Of a stretch of 64,000 nt of DNA, positions 48,409 to 57,975 are shown in pieces. The notes under the pieces are model-generated. The model searched no databases. It was not told where the DNA came from and saw only the letters and a list, made by a program, of their open reading frames with translations. Numbering within the stretch: the stretch's first letter is position 1; each line of letters starts with the position of its first letter. Origin of the DNA: Thermoproteota archaeon (lineage in GTDB: Archaea > Thermoproteota > Thermoprotei > Thermofilales > B9-G17); contig JAPDJW010000002.1 in the NCBI GenBank assembly GCA_029258885.1, positions 224,001 through 288,000 of the forward strand. Reading direction: 5' to 3'. The position numbers and the translations under genes were made by a program.

Positions 48409-49202
48409 TTAGCACCACCCAGAATCCTCATGCAGTTATAGAACGCTGTATCAACTCTACTTATTTCGTCCTGAATCCTAGCTATCTCATCAGTTAACTC
48501 ACTGCGCTGAGATTCAAGCTTTATCCTAATAGAGTTAAACTGTAGTTGATTGTATTCGCCGATAGCAAACCTGATCTCATGCTCTCTAAGCTTATCGTCT
48601 ATTGACTCAATCTTTGACTTAAGGCTCTCCATTTTCCTAAGGAGAGCTATCTTCCTCGACGACCATACATCGTATAAATCCTTAAAGAATGATTCCACAG
48701 TCTTTCTTTTATCGGGAGTTAAGCCTCTATCCAGATACGTATTAAGGACAATAACTTCATCCTCCACATTAACTTCATTCAGAATCTTAGTTATCAAGTC
48801 TATATGTTTCTTAAGCGAGCTAATTTCCTGCAATATACGTAGCCTACTAGGCGAACCCCTCCACTCGCTCTCGGGAACAACCTTACCGCTATCGAAGTCC
48901 TTTAGAAACATTTGGAACTTAGTATGTACAACCCTAAGATCAACTAGAATTCGTTTAGCATCATCCCTGCAACTAATATACTTCTCAAAGACATTACACA
49001 TATCGTCTACGACTTCAATGCTCAGCTTCTCATACGTCTCTTTATCGAGCTCTCCGTGCCTAAGCATCCTCCTAAGCTCAGCATAGCGTCTTAGAAGAGA
49101 CTTAAGCCTACCTCTAAGCTCCTTAATTCTCTTAATTACATCCCCAGCTCTAAATAACACGTTCTCGGCGTCACTAAACAGCTTAGACATATTACCACTC
49201 AC
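48405..49202 (-). CDS. CdvA-like coiled-coil protein
   Basis: All-helical and soluble, with two copies of the hairpin motif (LRRMLRHGELDKETY; EHEIRFAIGEYNQLQF), the second resembling the CdvA C-terminal LExRYxIGE pattern. Confidence 0.6.
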   Translation of the reverse strand: MSGNMSKLFSDAENVLFRAGDVIKRIKELRGRLKSLLRRYAELRRMLRHGELDKETYEKLSIEVVDDMCNVFEKYISCRDDAKRILVDLRVVHTKFQMFLKDFDSGKVVPESEWRGSPSRLRILQEISSLKKHIDLITKILNEVNVEDEVIVLNTYLDRGLTPDKRKTVESFFKDLYDVWSSRKIALLRKMESLKSKIESIDDKLREHEIRFAIGEYNQLQFNSIRIKLESQRSELTDEIARIQDEISRVDTAFYNCMRILGGAK

Positions 49203-49340
49203 CTAAGAATACATACTAACTAAGATAAACTTTTTCAAGAGATTAACGGAGAACCCAGCAAGACGTTTGAGATCATTAGTGCTTTTAGTGAGAGATACAA
49301 ATTATTAGTTAACCAGCTATTTAATAGTGAGGCTGGTAGA

Positions 49341-50057
49341 TTGGGAGTTCTAGTAGAGAACAAGCTCTGGAGAAACAAGTTATTCGTATTTAGGGATAGG
49401 TTCGACGCTGGAATAACGCTAGCTAGCTTTCTACTAAAACACAACGTCGACTACGACTTAGTCATAGCCATACCCGCTGGAGGAGTACCTGTAGGCATAG
49501 AAATAGCCAGGCTTAAACGGTGCAAACTATACCTAGCAATAACCAGGAAAATACTGTATCCATGGACCACTGAAGCTGGCTTCGGCGCAGTATCGTGGAT
49601 GGGGGAGGTTGAGGTAAATAGGGGCATTACGGAGGTAACTATGATAAGCGATGCAGACATAGATAGAAGCATAAAAAGGGCCTTCAGAAGCATAGAGAAG
49701 AGAATGGAGCTTTTCAAGGAATACCTGCCGCCAAAGGATCTAGGGAACCAAAAAGTCGTTATAGTAGACGATGGCCTAGCTACAGGATACACTATGCTAG
49801 TCACTGTTAGAAGCATTAAAAAGCTAAACCCCGGTAAGATAATAGTCGCTGTGCCCACGTCATCCGAATCAGCAATAAACATGATAGTAGACGAGGTCGA
49901 CTACGTCTACGTCATAAACCTTCGAACGGGACTATTCTATGCGGTGGCAGACGCCTATAAATACTGGAGAGACCTGTCGGAGGAGGAAGTGCTTGAAATG
50001 GTTAGGAAGTACTATGAATGGCTTAAAAGTGGATCCCCAAGGTACGTGCGTCAGTAA
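49341..50057 (+). CDS. Type I phosphoribosyltransferase family protein
   Basis: FRDRFDAG, AIPAGGVPV, VVIVDDGLATG PRPP-binding loop. Confidence 0.9.
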   Translation: MGVLVENKLWRNKLFVFRDRFDAGITLASFLLKHNVDYDLVIAIPAGGVPVGIEIARLKRCKLYLAITRKILYPWTTEAGFGAVSWMGEVEVNRGITEVTMISDADIDRSIKRAFRSIEKRMELFKEYLPPKDLGNQKVVIVDDGLATGYTMLVTVRSIKKLNPGKIIVAVPTSSESAINMIVDEVDYVYVINLRTGLFYAVADAYKYWRDLSEEEVLEMVRKYYEWLKSGSPRYVRQ

Positions 50058-50317
50058 ATATTATACCTAACCCTAAACGAATCCACGTTAATCCTCTCAA
50101 TATCCGCTATCTCTACAATCCTACCTGTATAGTCCTGAAGCTCATACCTTAAGTCATCAAGCCAATCATATATACCACACGAAATACAGAAGCTACCAGA
50201 AATATTGACTACAACGTATCCATCACCAATTTCAACTAGACTCGCTGTAGCTTCAGGAGACCTATACCTATTATACTCCTCTATAGCTCTAACTATTTTA
50301 CTACTATCGATATTCAT
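50051..50317 (-). CDS. Small CxxC protein, NifU-C-terminal-like; probable start ATG 50317
   Basis: YNRYRSPEA, VVVNISGSFCISCG. Confidence 0.6.
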   Translation of the reverse strand: MNIDSSKIVRAIEEYNRYRSPEATASLVEIGDGYVVVNISGSFCISCGIYDWLDDLRYELQDYTGRIVEIADIERINVDSFRVRYNIY

Positions 50318-50431
50318 ATTATGAGATAAACATAATAAGTAAATATCTATTACTACAGCATAAATGAGGAGCATCGCTGTAGATAACTACGATAAAAGAA
50401 AACCATTTCTAAGGTGAACTGCTATCTTTCT

Positions 50432-50890
50432 CTATAGGTAAAACTCGTACTCACAGTAGGGGCTACCGGTAGCCATGCATGTCTTTTCACGTGAAGACCT
50501 AATCTTAAAGCCAGTTAAGCCCTCGATAAGGCCCGAAATATAGCCCCTAGTGAATGTACATACTGGTATATCTGATTTCTCATAGCAGCCAGCTTCAAAA
50601 CTATTATAAAGCCTTAAACGTATACACCTAGCTAACAGGTTTATATCCGTAAAAATAGCTCTACCAAACCCTCTCTCCATGAGGATATCAACTATTTTCT
50701 TCGCGAAAAACTCTTTCTCAAAAATATCAGTGTTTCTGGTACTCTTAATATTCTCTCCTTCAAGAAGTCCGATGTTATAGCCTATGTGGTAGAAAAGTGC
50801 CCCGACTCCGTCACCATAGTTATTTCTAAATCGCATTAACGCTAAACCGAGGAACCTAGCATTAAGTTTTAGCATATTATCATTTTTCAT
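50432..50890 (-). CDS. V4R (4-vinyl reductase) domain protein
   Basis: GFGRA, LYNSFE, PVCTFTRGYISG, EKTCMATGSPYCEY. Confidence 0.88.
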   Translation of the reverse strand: MKNDNMLKLNARFLGLALMRFRNNYGDGVGALFYHIGYNIGLLEGENIKSTRNTDIFEKEFFAKKIVDILMERGFGRAIFTDINLLARCIRLRLYNSFEAGCYEKSDIPVCTFTRGYISGLIEGLTGFKIRSSREKTCMATGSPYCEYEFYL

Positions 50891-51078
50891 ATTCCATCAG
50901 TATAATATACGAGGATATCTCATATATAAATTTTAGCATTAAAATAGCAAAAATTTAAATATTATAGCTATAATAATTCCATTTATTGCAAAGATAGGGA
51001 AAGCTATATCTGGAGTATTTAGGCATTTAAGTGCTAAAATTTATATATGAGAAGACAACATTATAAGATGGGAAGCGT

Positions 51079-51405
51079 ATGAGGCCAAAAGGTAAGCTTG
51101 AAATAATAAAAGTAGTAATAATTTCATTAACATTACTACTCTTAATCTCTCATGCTCAAGCCATACCGATAAGAAAGATAAAGAAAATAGTAAATAACAT
51201 TAATATTAAGGAGGGAGAGCCAACAACAATACGCCTAAACTATTTCACAGTAACCATATACATAACCGATACTCCTCCCGAAAACGCAACAATTATAATT
51301 GGCGCGGGCCTTAACGGAGACTACTGGATAGTCATAGAACTATCTAACGGCATCATAATAGCTATCGACCCAAGAGAAGCAGTATCTCCCTCCCTACCCG
51401 GATAA
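51079..51405 (+). CDS. Small secreted hypothetical protein
   Basis: Signal peptide ending AQA; beta-rich mature part. Confidence 0.65.
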   Translation: MRPKGKLEIIKVVIISLTLLLLISHAQAIPIRKIKKIVNNINIKEGEPTTIRLNYFTVTIYITDTPPENATIIIGAGLNGDYWIVIELSNGIIIAIDPREAVSPSLPG

Positions 51406-51429
51406 AGAATTATAAATAGAGGAAAATCC

Positions 51430-52506
51430 ATGAGAATTAACCTACTCGATATACTCAATATATTAATTAAAGATCCAACAGCAAGTTTTAATAAGATAGC
51501 TAAAAAACTAAGCCTATCACCTACAACTGTTAAGAAGGCATACAATAAGCTCATATCCGAAAATCTGATCTCAAGCGTCTATGCGCTAGTAAACTATCCC
51601 GCAATAGATAGAGAAATGGTCAGTGTATTCATTAAATCCCACGTAAGAAAATGGAATATGCTTGAAAATGCATTAGATGGACATTTCTACCTTAGAAGCA
51701 GAGTAAGATGTATAGGATCAGTAGCTGGAATACATGCCTTCTTCGCAATACCAAAGGGCACATTGCCGTATCTCAGAGAGTTCCTAGAAGGATTAAGAAA
51801 CATGAATCTACTTGAGGACTATACGCTAGTAACACCCGCCTCAAAATGGTTCTACTCTGAGCCAGATCTAAAATACTTTAACTCAAAAACATTCACTTGG
51901 AAGATAGACTGGAATAAGATAAGGGAAATATATGAGGACGTAAAGCCAGAATTCATATCTGGAACAGATAAATCCGTAATGGATAAGCTAACCCTAGCAG
52001 ACTTCAAGATAATAGATAGGCTAACAGTAAACGCGCGAATACGTAAGAAGGAGCTAGCGAAGTTTGCTGGATTAAAGCCATACGAATTATCGAGGAGAAT
52101 AAAGTTCCTACACAGGGAAAAAGTTATACTAAAATACAGAGTAAGCTTAGGTCCTCGGATGATAGAGCATCTATCAGGATTCGCAGTAAACGCTAAATGC
52201 AACGGGTTAACAACAAGGAAAATAGCCGCATTCTTCAAAACACTACCCTTCCAGTCAACATTCATACCCACAAAGGATGGATTCCTAGCATTCATACTAA
52301 TAACATCAAGCGCATTCATCCAGCTGTCATCACTGCTATATGAAAACTGCACAAAACTGGAGATAAGCTGGCTAGACTATAGATACAGCAAACTATGGAA
52401 CATAGCCTACGAAGCATACAAAGACGGAAAATGGAACATGGACTACGACTTCATGGTAACAAAACCACTAGAAACAATAAAAAAGAAAATAGCATTAGTA
52501 AACTAA
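51430..52506 (+). CDS. Lrp/AsnC-like regulator with duplicated HTH
   Basis: HTH 1 DPTASFNKIAKKLSLSPTTV; HTH 2 NARIRKKELAKFAGLKPYELSRRI. Confidence 0.8.
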   Translation: MRINLLDILNILIKDPTASFNKIAKKLSLSPTTVKKAYNKLISENLISSVYALVNYPAIDREMVSVFIKSHVRKWNMLENALDGHFYLRSRVRCIGSVAGIHAFFAIPKGTLPYLREFLEGLRNMNLLEDYTLVTPASKWFYSEPDLKYFNSKTFTWKIDWNKIREIYEDVKPEFISGTDKSVMDKLTLADFKIIDRLTVNARIRKKELAKFAGLKPYELSRRIKFLHREKVILKYRVSLGPRMIEHLSGFAVNAKCNGLTTRKIAAFFKTLPFQSTFIPTKDGFLAFILITSSAFIQLSSLLYENCTKLEISWLDYRYSKLWNIAYEAYKDGKWNMDYDFMVTKPLETIKKKIALVN

Positions 52507-53305
52507 AAGCAAATACCCTTAATTTAAACTTACAATGCAATTGTACCTCAGTCAATATAATTCCCCATAACATTAGTAACCATAAAATTTTCACATAGTT
52601 TTTGTAACTAAGGGAGGGGAAATCTATTATCTCAATATCCATAACTATGGAAGGACTATAATCCCTCAATTCTCCTTTTAAAGTATTATTTCAGGCCTTC
52701 CTAGCCATCTTCTTTTCACTAAAAAGCATTAGAGTCTCTTAATACTCTTTTAAGATTCTCACGAAGCATAAGCTACTATTCAACCTCTTAATTTTATATT
52801 GAAAACTTTTTGCATCCTCTCCTACCTAAATGGAGTACAATAATACTCACAGCCATACGTCTTTCAATTCTCTTTTTTGAGAGTATTTTTGTAGCTGTTT
52901 TGGTTGTGTTTATTTTTTGTCTCTTTTGTATTTATACGTTTTGTTCTAGCAAAACTGCATTATGCATTTAGCCCTATTTAAAGGGGTATATACAAATATT
53001 TTTCGACTATATATTTTTGACGAGTAAAATATATAAGATTGAATTTTTGGCAGCAAGCTTTATTCACTTTTCAAAAATGGATTTATATTATAAATTGAGT
53101 AATGTTTAGTATCTTCTCCATAATTTATTAATGATTTTATTATTTTAGCTTTTAATTATTGAAGATTATTTTTCCAAAATATTTTTGAAAAATAATATCA
53201 TAGTATAAATTCATGAAAAGAGAAATAAACCATATATAAAAGGGGATCAATGACTATAAGCCGCAAAATTGCCAAATGTTAAATTGAGTTAATGTTATTT
53301 ATTTC

Positions 53306-54178
53306 TTGGTTTTATTCTTTCACATGGGTTTAGAGTTGACTAGAGATATTGAGGGTAAGTGTTTTTTCATTGAGGTTGATGGTGTTAGATTGAATGTCTA
53401 TGATTCTGGGCGCTTTAGGAGCTATGATAGCGATATTGTTATGTTGTTTCTTCACGGTTCTCCCGGTCAGATTAGTAACTGGAAGTTTCAGATAGCGTAT
53501 TTTAGGGAGAAGTATAGGACTGTTGCTTTTGATCTTAGGGGCTATGGTAGGTCGGATAAGCCTGAGGTTGTTTCAATGGATGACTATATAAGGGATTTAG
53601 ATGGCGTTATCGAGAGGCTTAACATTGATTTAGACCGTGTCGTTTTAGTGGGCCATAGCTTTGGTGGAATGGTTGCTCAAAAGTATGCTTCCGAGAGGAA
53701 TATTTGGAGGCTTGTATTGATAGCTTCGCTGCCTAGGCTTAGGCCGGATATTTTCGATAAGATTGTGTGGCACCTGCCGCCGTTTTTCTGGAAGCCCCTT
53801 CTGTTTAAGAGGTACTTTTTGACAGAGAGGCTTTATAGGGATGTATTCTTCAGTAAGGCTTCTCCACCTGAGGTCTTTAGGGAGTTTATGGGGGATAACA
53901 CGGAGTATATCGAGAATCTTCCGCCTCAATCGTTTAGATATCTGAGGTATTTCCTGGACTATGATGTGCGCGACCACGCGGATAAGATTAAGTGTCCGAC
54001 GTTAATTATCGTGGGGAAGGATGATAAGGTAACGCCGCCGGAGTGTAGTGTGGAGTTGAATAAGCTCATAAGGAACTCGAGGTTAATAGTATTGGAGAAC
54101 GCTGGGCACTTAATTCTGTACGAGAAGCCTAAGGAGATTAATAGGCTTATCGAGGAGTTTATTTCAATTCAGCAGTAG
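53306..54178 (+). CDS. Alpha/beta hydrolase; probable start ATG 53324
   Basis: FLHGSPG, DLRGYGRS, GHSFGG nucleophile elbow, GKDD, AGH. Confidence 0.92.
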   Translation: MVLFFHMGLELTRDIEGKCFFIEVDGVRLNVYDSGRFRSYDSDIVMLFLHGSPGQISNWKFQIAYFREKYRTVAFDLRGYGRSDKPEVVSMDDYIRDLDGVIERLNIDLDRVVLVGHSFGGMVAQKYASERNIWRLVLIASLPRLRPDIFDKIVWHLPPFFWKPLLFKRYFLTERLYRDVFFSKASPPEVFREFMGDNTEYIENLPPQSFRYLRYFLDYDVRDHADKIKCPTLIIVGKDDKVTPPECSVELNKLIRNSRLIVLENAGHLILYEKPKEINRLIEEFISIQQ

Positions 54179-54242
54179 CCTTACTTTCACTCTCCTCAAG
54201 TCTTAAATTTTTATACCTCAATCACGGTATCCTAAACAGTCT

Positions 54243-55601
54243 ATGATTGAGCTAGTGTACGATAGGGGGACTGTGCTACTGAGGGGCTATAATGGAGGAA
54301 TTTTCCCACCAGGTATGCTTAAGTACGACCATAGGGTTAACGGCTACAGGTGCCTAGCATATAAGTACTACAGTATCGTTAAGTACCTGAAGCATAGGGG
54401 GATAAAGTTTAGAGACTATGTTCTCGACCTAGGATACTGCACGATTAGAAGGATTAGAGATTTTAACTTAAGAGGCTATCAGAGGGAGGCTCTTAGCTCC
54501 TGGCTGAAGAACGGCTGTAGAGGTGTCATAGTTCTCCCAACGGGCACTGGAAAGACGAGGGTAGCGTTAGCGGCTATAGGTGAGATACTTAAACCAACCT
54601 TGGTTGTTGTTCCCACTATTGAATTGATGGAGCAGTGGCGTAGAGCCATCCTAAGATACTTTAAGGCCTCGATAGGGTTCTACGGCGGTGGAAGGAAGGA
54701 GATTAAATGTATAACCATAGCAACCTACGATTCAGCCTATATAAACGCTGAAATACTTGGAAACAGGTTTATGCTAGCTATATTCGATGAAGTACATCAC
54801 CTACCCAGCCCAGGGTACAGGCAGATAGCCGAGCTACTAGCGGCGCCCCTCAGGATGGGATTGACAGCTACTCCTGAGAGGGAGGATCAAGCCCATCTAG
54901 ACTTAAACTATCTCGTAGGTCCAATAGTCTACAGGAGGAAGGTGGTAGAGTTTTCAGGCAAGTATCTGGCAGACTTCGACGTAGTAACTGTTAGGGTTAA
55001 GCTATCGGATGTTGAGCGCATGCTGTATGAGGAGTATATGGGCAAGTTCAGGAAATACGTTGAGAGTAGGGGCATAAAGTTTAAGTCCATAGAGGACTTC
55101 AGGAAAATCATTCTTGAGAGCGGTCTGGACGTTGAGGCTCGGGAGGCTCTGCTTGCGTGGCATGAGGCCAGAAAAATAGCGTTTAACGCCGAGGGTAAGA
55201 TTGAAGCCCTCAGGGAGATACTCTCCAAACATAGGGGCGATAAGATAATAATATTTACCGATAATAACGAGATTGTCAGGAGGATCTCTAGGGAGTTTCT
55301 TATACCTGAGATTACTCATAAGACGAGCGATAAAGAGCGTAGGATGGTTATGGAGGCTTTCAGGAGGGGAGCGTTGAAGACTATAGTTACGAGCAGAGTC
55401 TTGGAGGAGGGGATAGATGTTCCCGATGCAAGCGTGGCGGTAATACTCAGTGGAACGGGTAGTAGGAGGGAGTTCATCCAGAGGCTGGGCAGAATACTCC
55501 GTCCCAAGGGGGGTAAGCGTGCGGTTCTATACGAGGTAGTTACATCCAAGACTAAGGAGGTCTCAACGGCGCGTAGGAGGAAGAAGGAGGCTCTAGGATA
55601 G
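54243..55601 (+). CDS. xpb: XPB/Rad25-like SF2 helicase
   Basis: LRGYQ, LPTGTGKT, DEVHH, GLTATPERED, EGIDVPDA, QRLGRILR; coupled to bax1. Confidence 0.92.
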   Translation: MIELVYDRGTVLLRGYNGGIFPPGMLKYDHRVNGYRCLAYKYYSIVKYLKHRGIKFRDYVLDLGYCTIRRIRDFNLRGYQREALSSWLKNGCRGVIVLPTGTGKTRVALAAIGEILKPTLVVVPTIELMEQWRRAILRYFKASIGFYGGGRKEIKCITIATYDSAYINAEILGNRFMLAIFDEVHHLPSPGYRQIAELLAAPLRMGLTATPEREDQAHLDLNYLVGPIVYRRKVVEFSGKYLADFDVVTVRVKLSDVERMLYEEYMGKFRKYVESRGIKFKSIEDFRKIILESGLDVEAREALLAWHEARKIAFNAEGKIEALREILSKHRGDKIIIFTDNNEIVRRISREFLIPEITHKTSDKERRMVMEAFRRGALKTIVTSRVLEEGIDVPDASVAVILSGTGSRREFIQRLGRILRPKGGKRAVLYEVVTSKTKEVSTARRRKKEALG

Positions 55602-55602
55602 C

Positions 55603-57030
55603 ATGCTTCCATCACCGCTACTTATAGCTAAGGTATCTAGGGGAGTAATATTCCCCAAGTACTCAATGCTCAGTGAAGACGACGTGAAGCTGGCGTCCGA
55701 GATAATCGATACATTTAAGTCCTCAGTTGGCGGAAGGAGGGGCGAGCTTGAGGATGCCCTCCAGCGGATAGAGAACAAGTACTTTAGGGTCGGCTTCGAC
55801 TACAGGTTCATTAGGGGGCTAGCACACATACTTATGAGGAGGACTGTCTTTAAGAAGCCTAAGACAAAGGTGGATCCCGTTAAGGCTAGGTTCGAGCTTT
55901 TCCTCAGGGCAGCCAACAGCTACGGTGGATTCGTTTTAAATGAGGAGGAGAGGAATAGCGTCCTAAGGGAGGTGGCTGAGAAGTTCGGCATGACGGTCGA
56001 TGAATTGATCGAGTGCTTTAACGCCGTGTACGAGGATGAGGAGATAGTGGCTGACTTTCAGGATATAGACCCAGTTAGCTTGCTGAGACAATACAATTTA
56101 TCTATTGCTCAAACGCTACTGTTTAAGGCCCTCAATGTAGTGGCTGACGTTAAGGTCAGCGGTACCAATGCTAAGATACTTCTCTTCAATGCTAAGAGGC
56201 TTGGATTAATGTATTTCGCCGAGAAGCTCCCGGATGGGGTAAGGCTGACTATAGATGGTCCAGCCTCAATCCTAAAGCAGACGGAGAGGTATGGTACTAG
56301 GCTCGCGAAACTTCTACCGTATTTAATTGCGGCCGAGAGGTGGAGGATTAGGGCTAAGGTTAAGAGTAGGAGCGGCAGGGTATGTACATTCTATATGGAC
56401 GACTTTAAGAGGAGACTCTTCCCGCAGATAGAGATGACCTACGAGCCGTATGACAGCGAGGTCGAGGAGCTATTCTACAGGAGATTCAAGAGGCTTGGGA
56501 TCGACTGGAGCATAGTTAGGGAGCCGGAGCCTCTAGTGGCTGGAAACATGATATTCATACCGGACTTCGCGTTCGAGAGGGATGAGGAGAAAATATACCT
56601 GGAGATAATCGGCTTCTGGACGAAGGAGTATATCGAGAAGAAGCTTAGGAAGCTTAAACTGTTAAGGGATGTTAAGCTGATTATAGCGGCTAACGAGGAG
56701 CTCTACTGCTCTAAAGTATTCAAGGATGTCCCACACGAGGTAATATTCTTCAGAAACAGGCTTTCAGCCGCCGAGGTGTACATTAGGTTAAAGAAGCTTA
56801 TGGGAAAAACCGTGAAGAAGGCGAGCTTTAAAGGCGAAATCAGGATTCCCGAGGAGCTTAAAGAGTACCTATCAAGCATTAAGGAGGAGCCACTATCTAA
56901 AGTAATGGAGATAATGGAGAAATTCGGCATCACATCCAAGGATGCTATGAATATTCTAAAGAGAATGGGATTTGAGATCGTGTGGAGAACTCTGGATGCG
57001 GATGATGTCATAGTTAGAAGGAAAAGCTAA
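55603..57030 (+). CDS. bax1: Bax1 (DUF790) endonuclease
   Basis: MLPSPLL start, YNLSIAQTLLF, DGPAS...RYG..LAKLLP, FIPDF, LEIIGFWTKEY; immediately downstream of xpb. Confidence 0.9.
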   Translation: MLPSPLLIAKVSRGVIFPKYSMLSEDDVKLASEIIDTFKSSVGGRRGELEDALQRIENKYFRVGFDYRFIRGLAHILMRRTVFKKPKTKVDPVKARFELFLRAANSYGGFVLNEEERNSVLREVAEKFGMTVDELIECFNAVYEDEEIVADFQDIDPVSLLRQYNLSIAQTLLFKALNVVADVKVSGTNAKILLFNAKRLGLMYFAEKLPDGVRLTIDGPASILKQTERYGTRLAKLLPYLIAAERWRIRAKVKSRSGRVCTFYMDDFKRRLFPQIEMTYEPYDSEVEELFYRRFKRLGIDWSIVREPEPLVAGNMIFIPDFAFERDEEKIYLEIIGFWTKEYIEKKLRKLKLLRDVKLIIAANEELYCSKVFKDVPHEVIFFRNRLSAAEVYIRLKKLMGKTVKKASFKGEIRIPEELKEYLSSIKEEPLSKVMEIMEKFGITSKDAMNILKRMGFEIVWRTLDADDVIVRRKS

Positions 57031-57070
57031 AAACTAGTATCCATACTGTAACGTAACTAAGTCATTTAAA

Positions 57071-57526
57071 TTAACTAAGATGGTATTCTACGGGTACTCG
57101 TACTCGGCGGCTCACACTAAGCGGCTCAATGCGAACTGGTATACTCTCCTTTAAGCTCCTAGGCCCCCTCTTTAAGACTAGCACTAGGTATATCTCATTT
57201 ACATTACTGGTTAAATCGGATGAAACCTGAAGCTCTCTCTTCCTCATTGTAATAAACTTTCTAAACGGCAGGTTTTCATCCTCCGTGAATATAATCCATC
57301 TATCCACTATCTGAGGCCTCCACACGACAGCATATGTTCCGCTCTCCTCCACTTCAAGGAGCTTTTCATCGTGTACGAGACCAAGCGCTCTATTAAATCT
57401 CCTGATGTATAGCCCAGCCTTATAGCGTGTGAGGCTTGTCCTCAAGCTAATCCTAAGAGCATCCTCATGAATTCTCACATACACAGTAGCCTCATCCCTC
57501 CCATCCGGGCTTCTAATAGAAAACAC
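57071..57526 (-). CDS. Hypothetical protein
   Basis: 151-aa ORF with coding-like composition; the GTG start overlaps the GAGGTG RBS, so the true start may be ATT 57517. Confidence 0.65.
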   Translation of the reverse strand: MFSIRSPDGRDEATVYVRIHEDALRISLRTSLTRYKAGLYIRRFNRALGLVHDEKLLEVEESGTYAVVWRPQIVDRWIIFTEDENLPFRKFITMRKRELQVSSDLTSNVNEIYLVLVLKRGPRSLKESIPVRIEPLSVSRRVRVPVEYHLS

Positions 57527-57809
57527 CTCATTTCCAACGGTTATTGCATAGCTCCTAGGGGTGAGAGGAGGAGAAATATAGATGTTATTCCCCTAATAAC
57601 TTAACCTAATTTTTAGAAATTCATAGAATAAACAGTTGTGCTACGCTATAACTATACATAAATAAACAGACACGGATCTAGTGGATGTTAAGAATATTAA
57701 GCTATAGAAGGATGATATCAAGCAGGTAAACGTTATAGCTGGAGAAGAAACATCCAACGTAAACTTCCAACTCGAGAAGTCAGGGATTATTTCAACGAAA
57801 TGGAGACTC

Positions 57810-57881
57810 CCATCCTTAAACGGTCCTATAAGCAGGTTATCATCTTCAACTATACTTCCCCCCAGAAGCAACCCGGCGACG
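57810..57881. repeat. 72-bp direct copy of an internal segment of the GTPase gene (59631-59702)
   Basis: CCATCCTTAAACGGTCC...CCGGCGACG occurs at both places with two substitutions. Confidence 0.9.
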
Positions 57882-57975
57882 GTACGGTAAGTAAAGAGCA
57901 AGGTTCGGAGATGAAAAGCCTAAGTGTATTTAAGCCTACATAGAATAAAGTTTAACATACTCTAGAGAAGGTTAC

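Noticed and set aside
52507-53305. Long AT-rich intergenic stretch as a hidden gene or repeat
   Set aside because: Only short broken frames and low-complexity T/A runs; no periodic repeat or motif found.
57641-57901. 86-aa ORF as a real gene
   Set aside because: Its only meaningful part is the 72-bp GTPase duplicate; the remainder is unrelated and antisense to another gene fragment.
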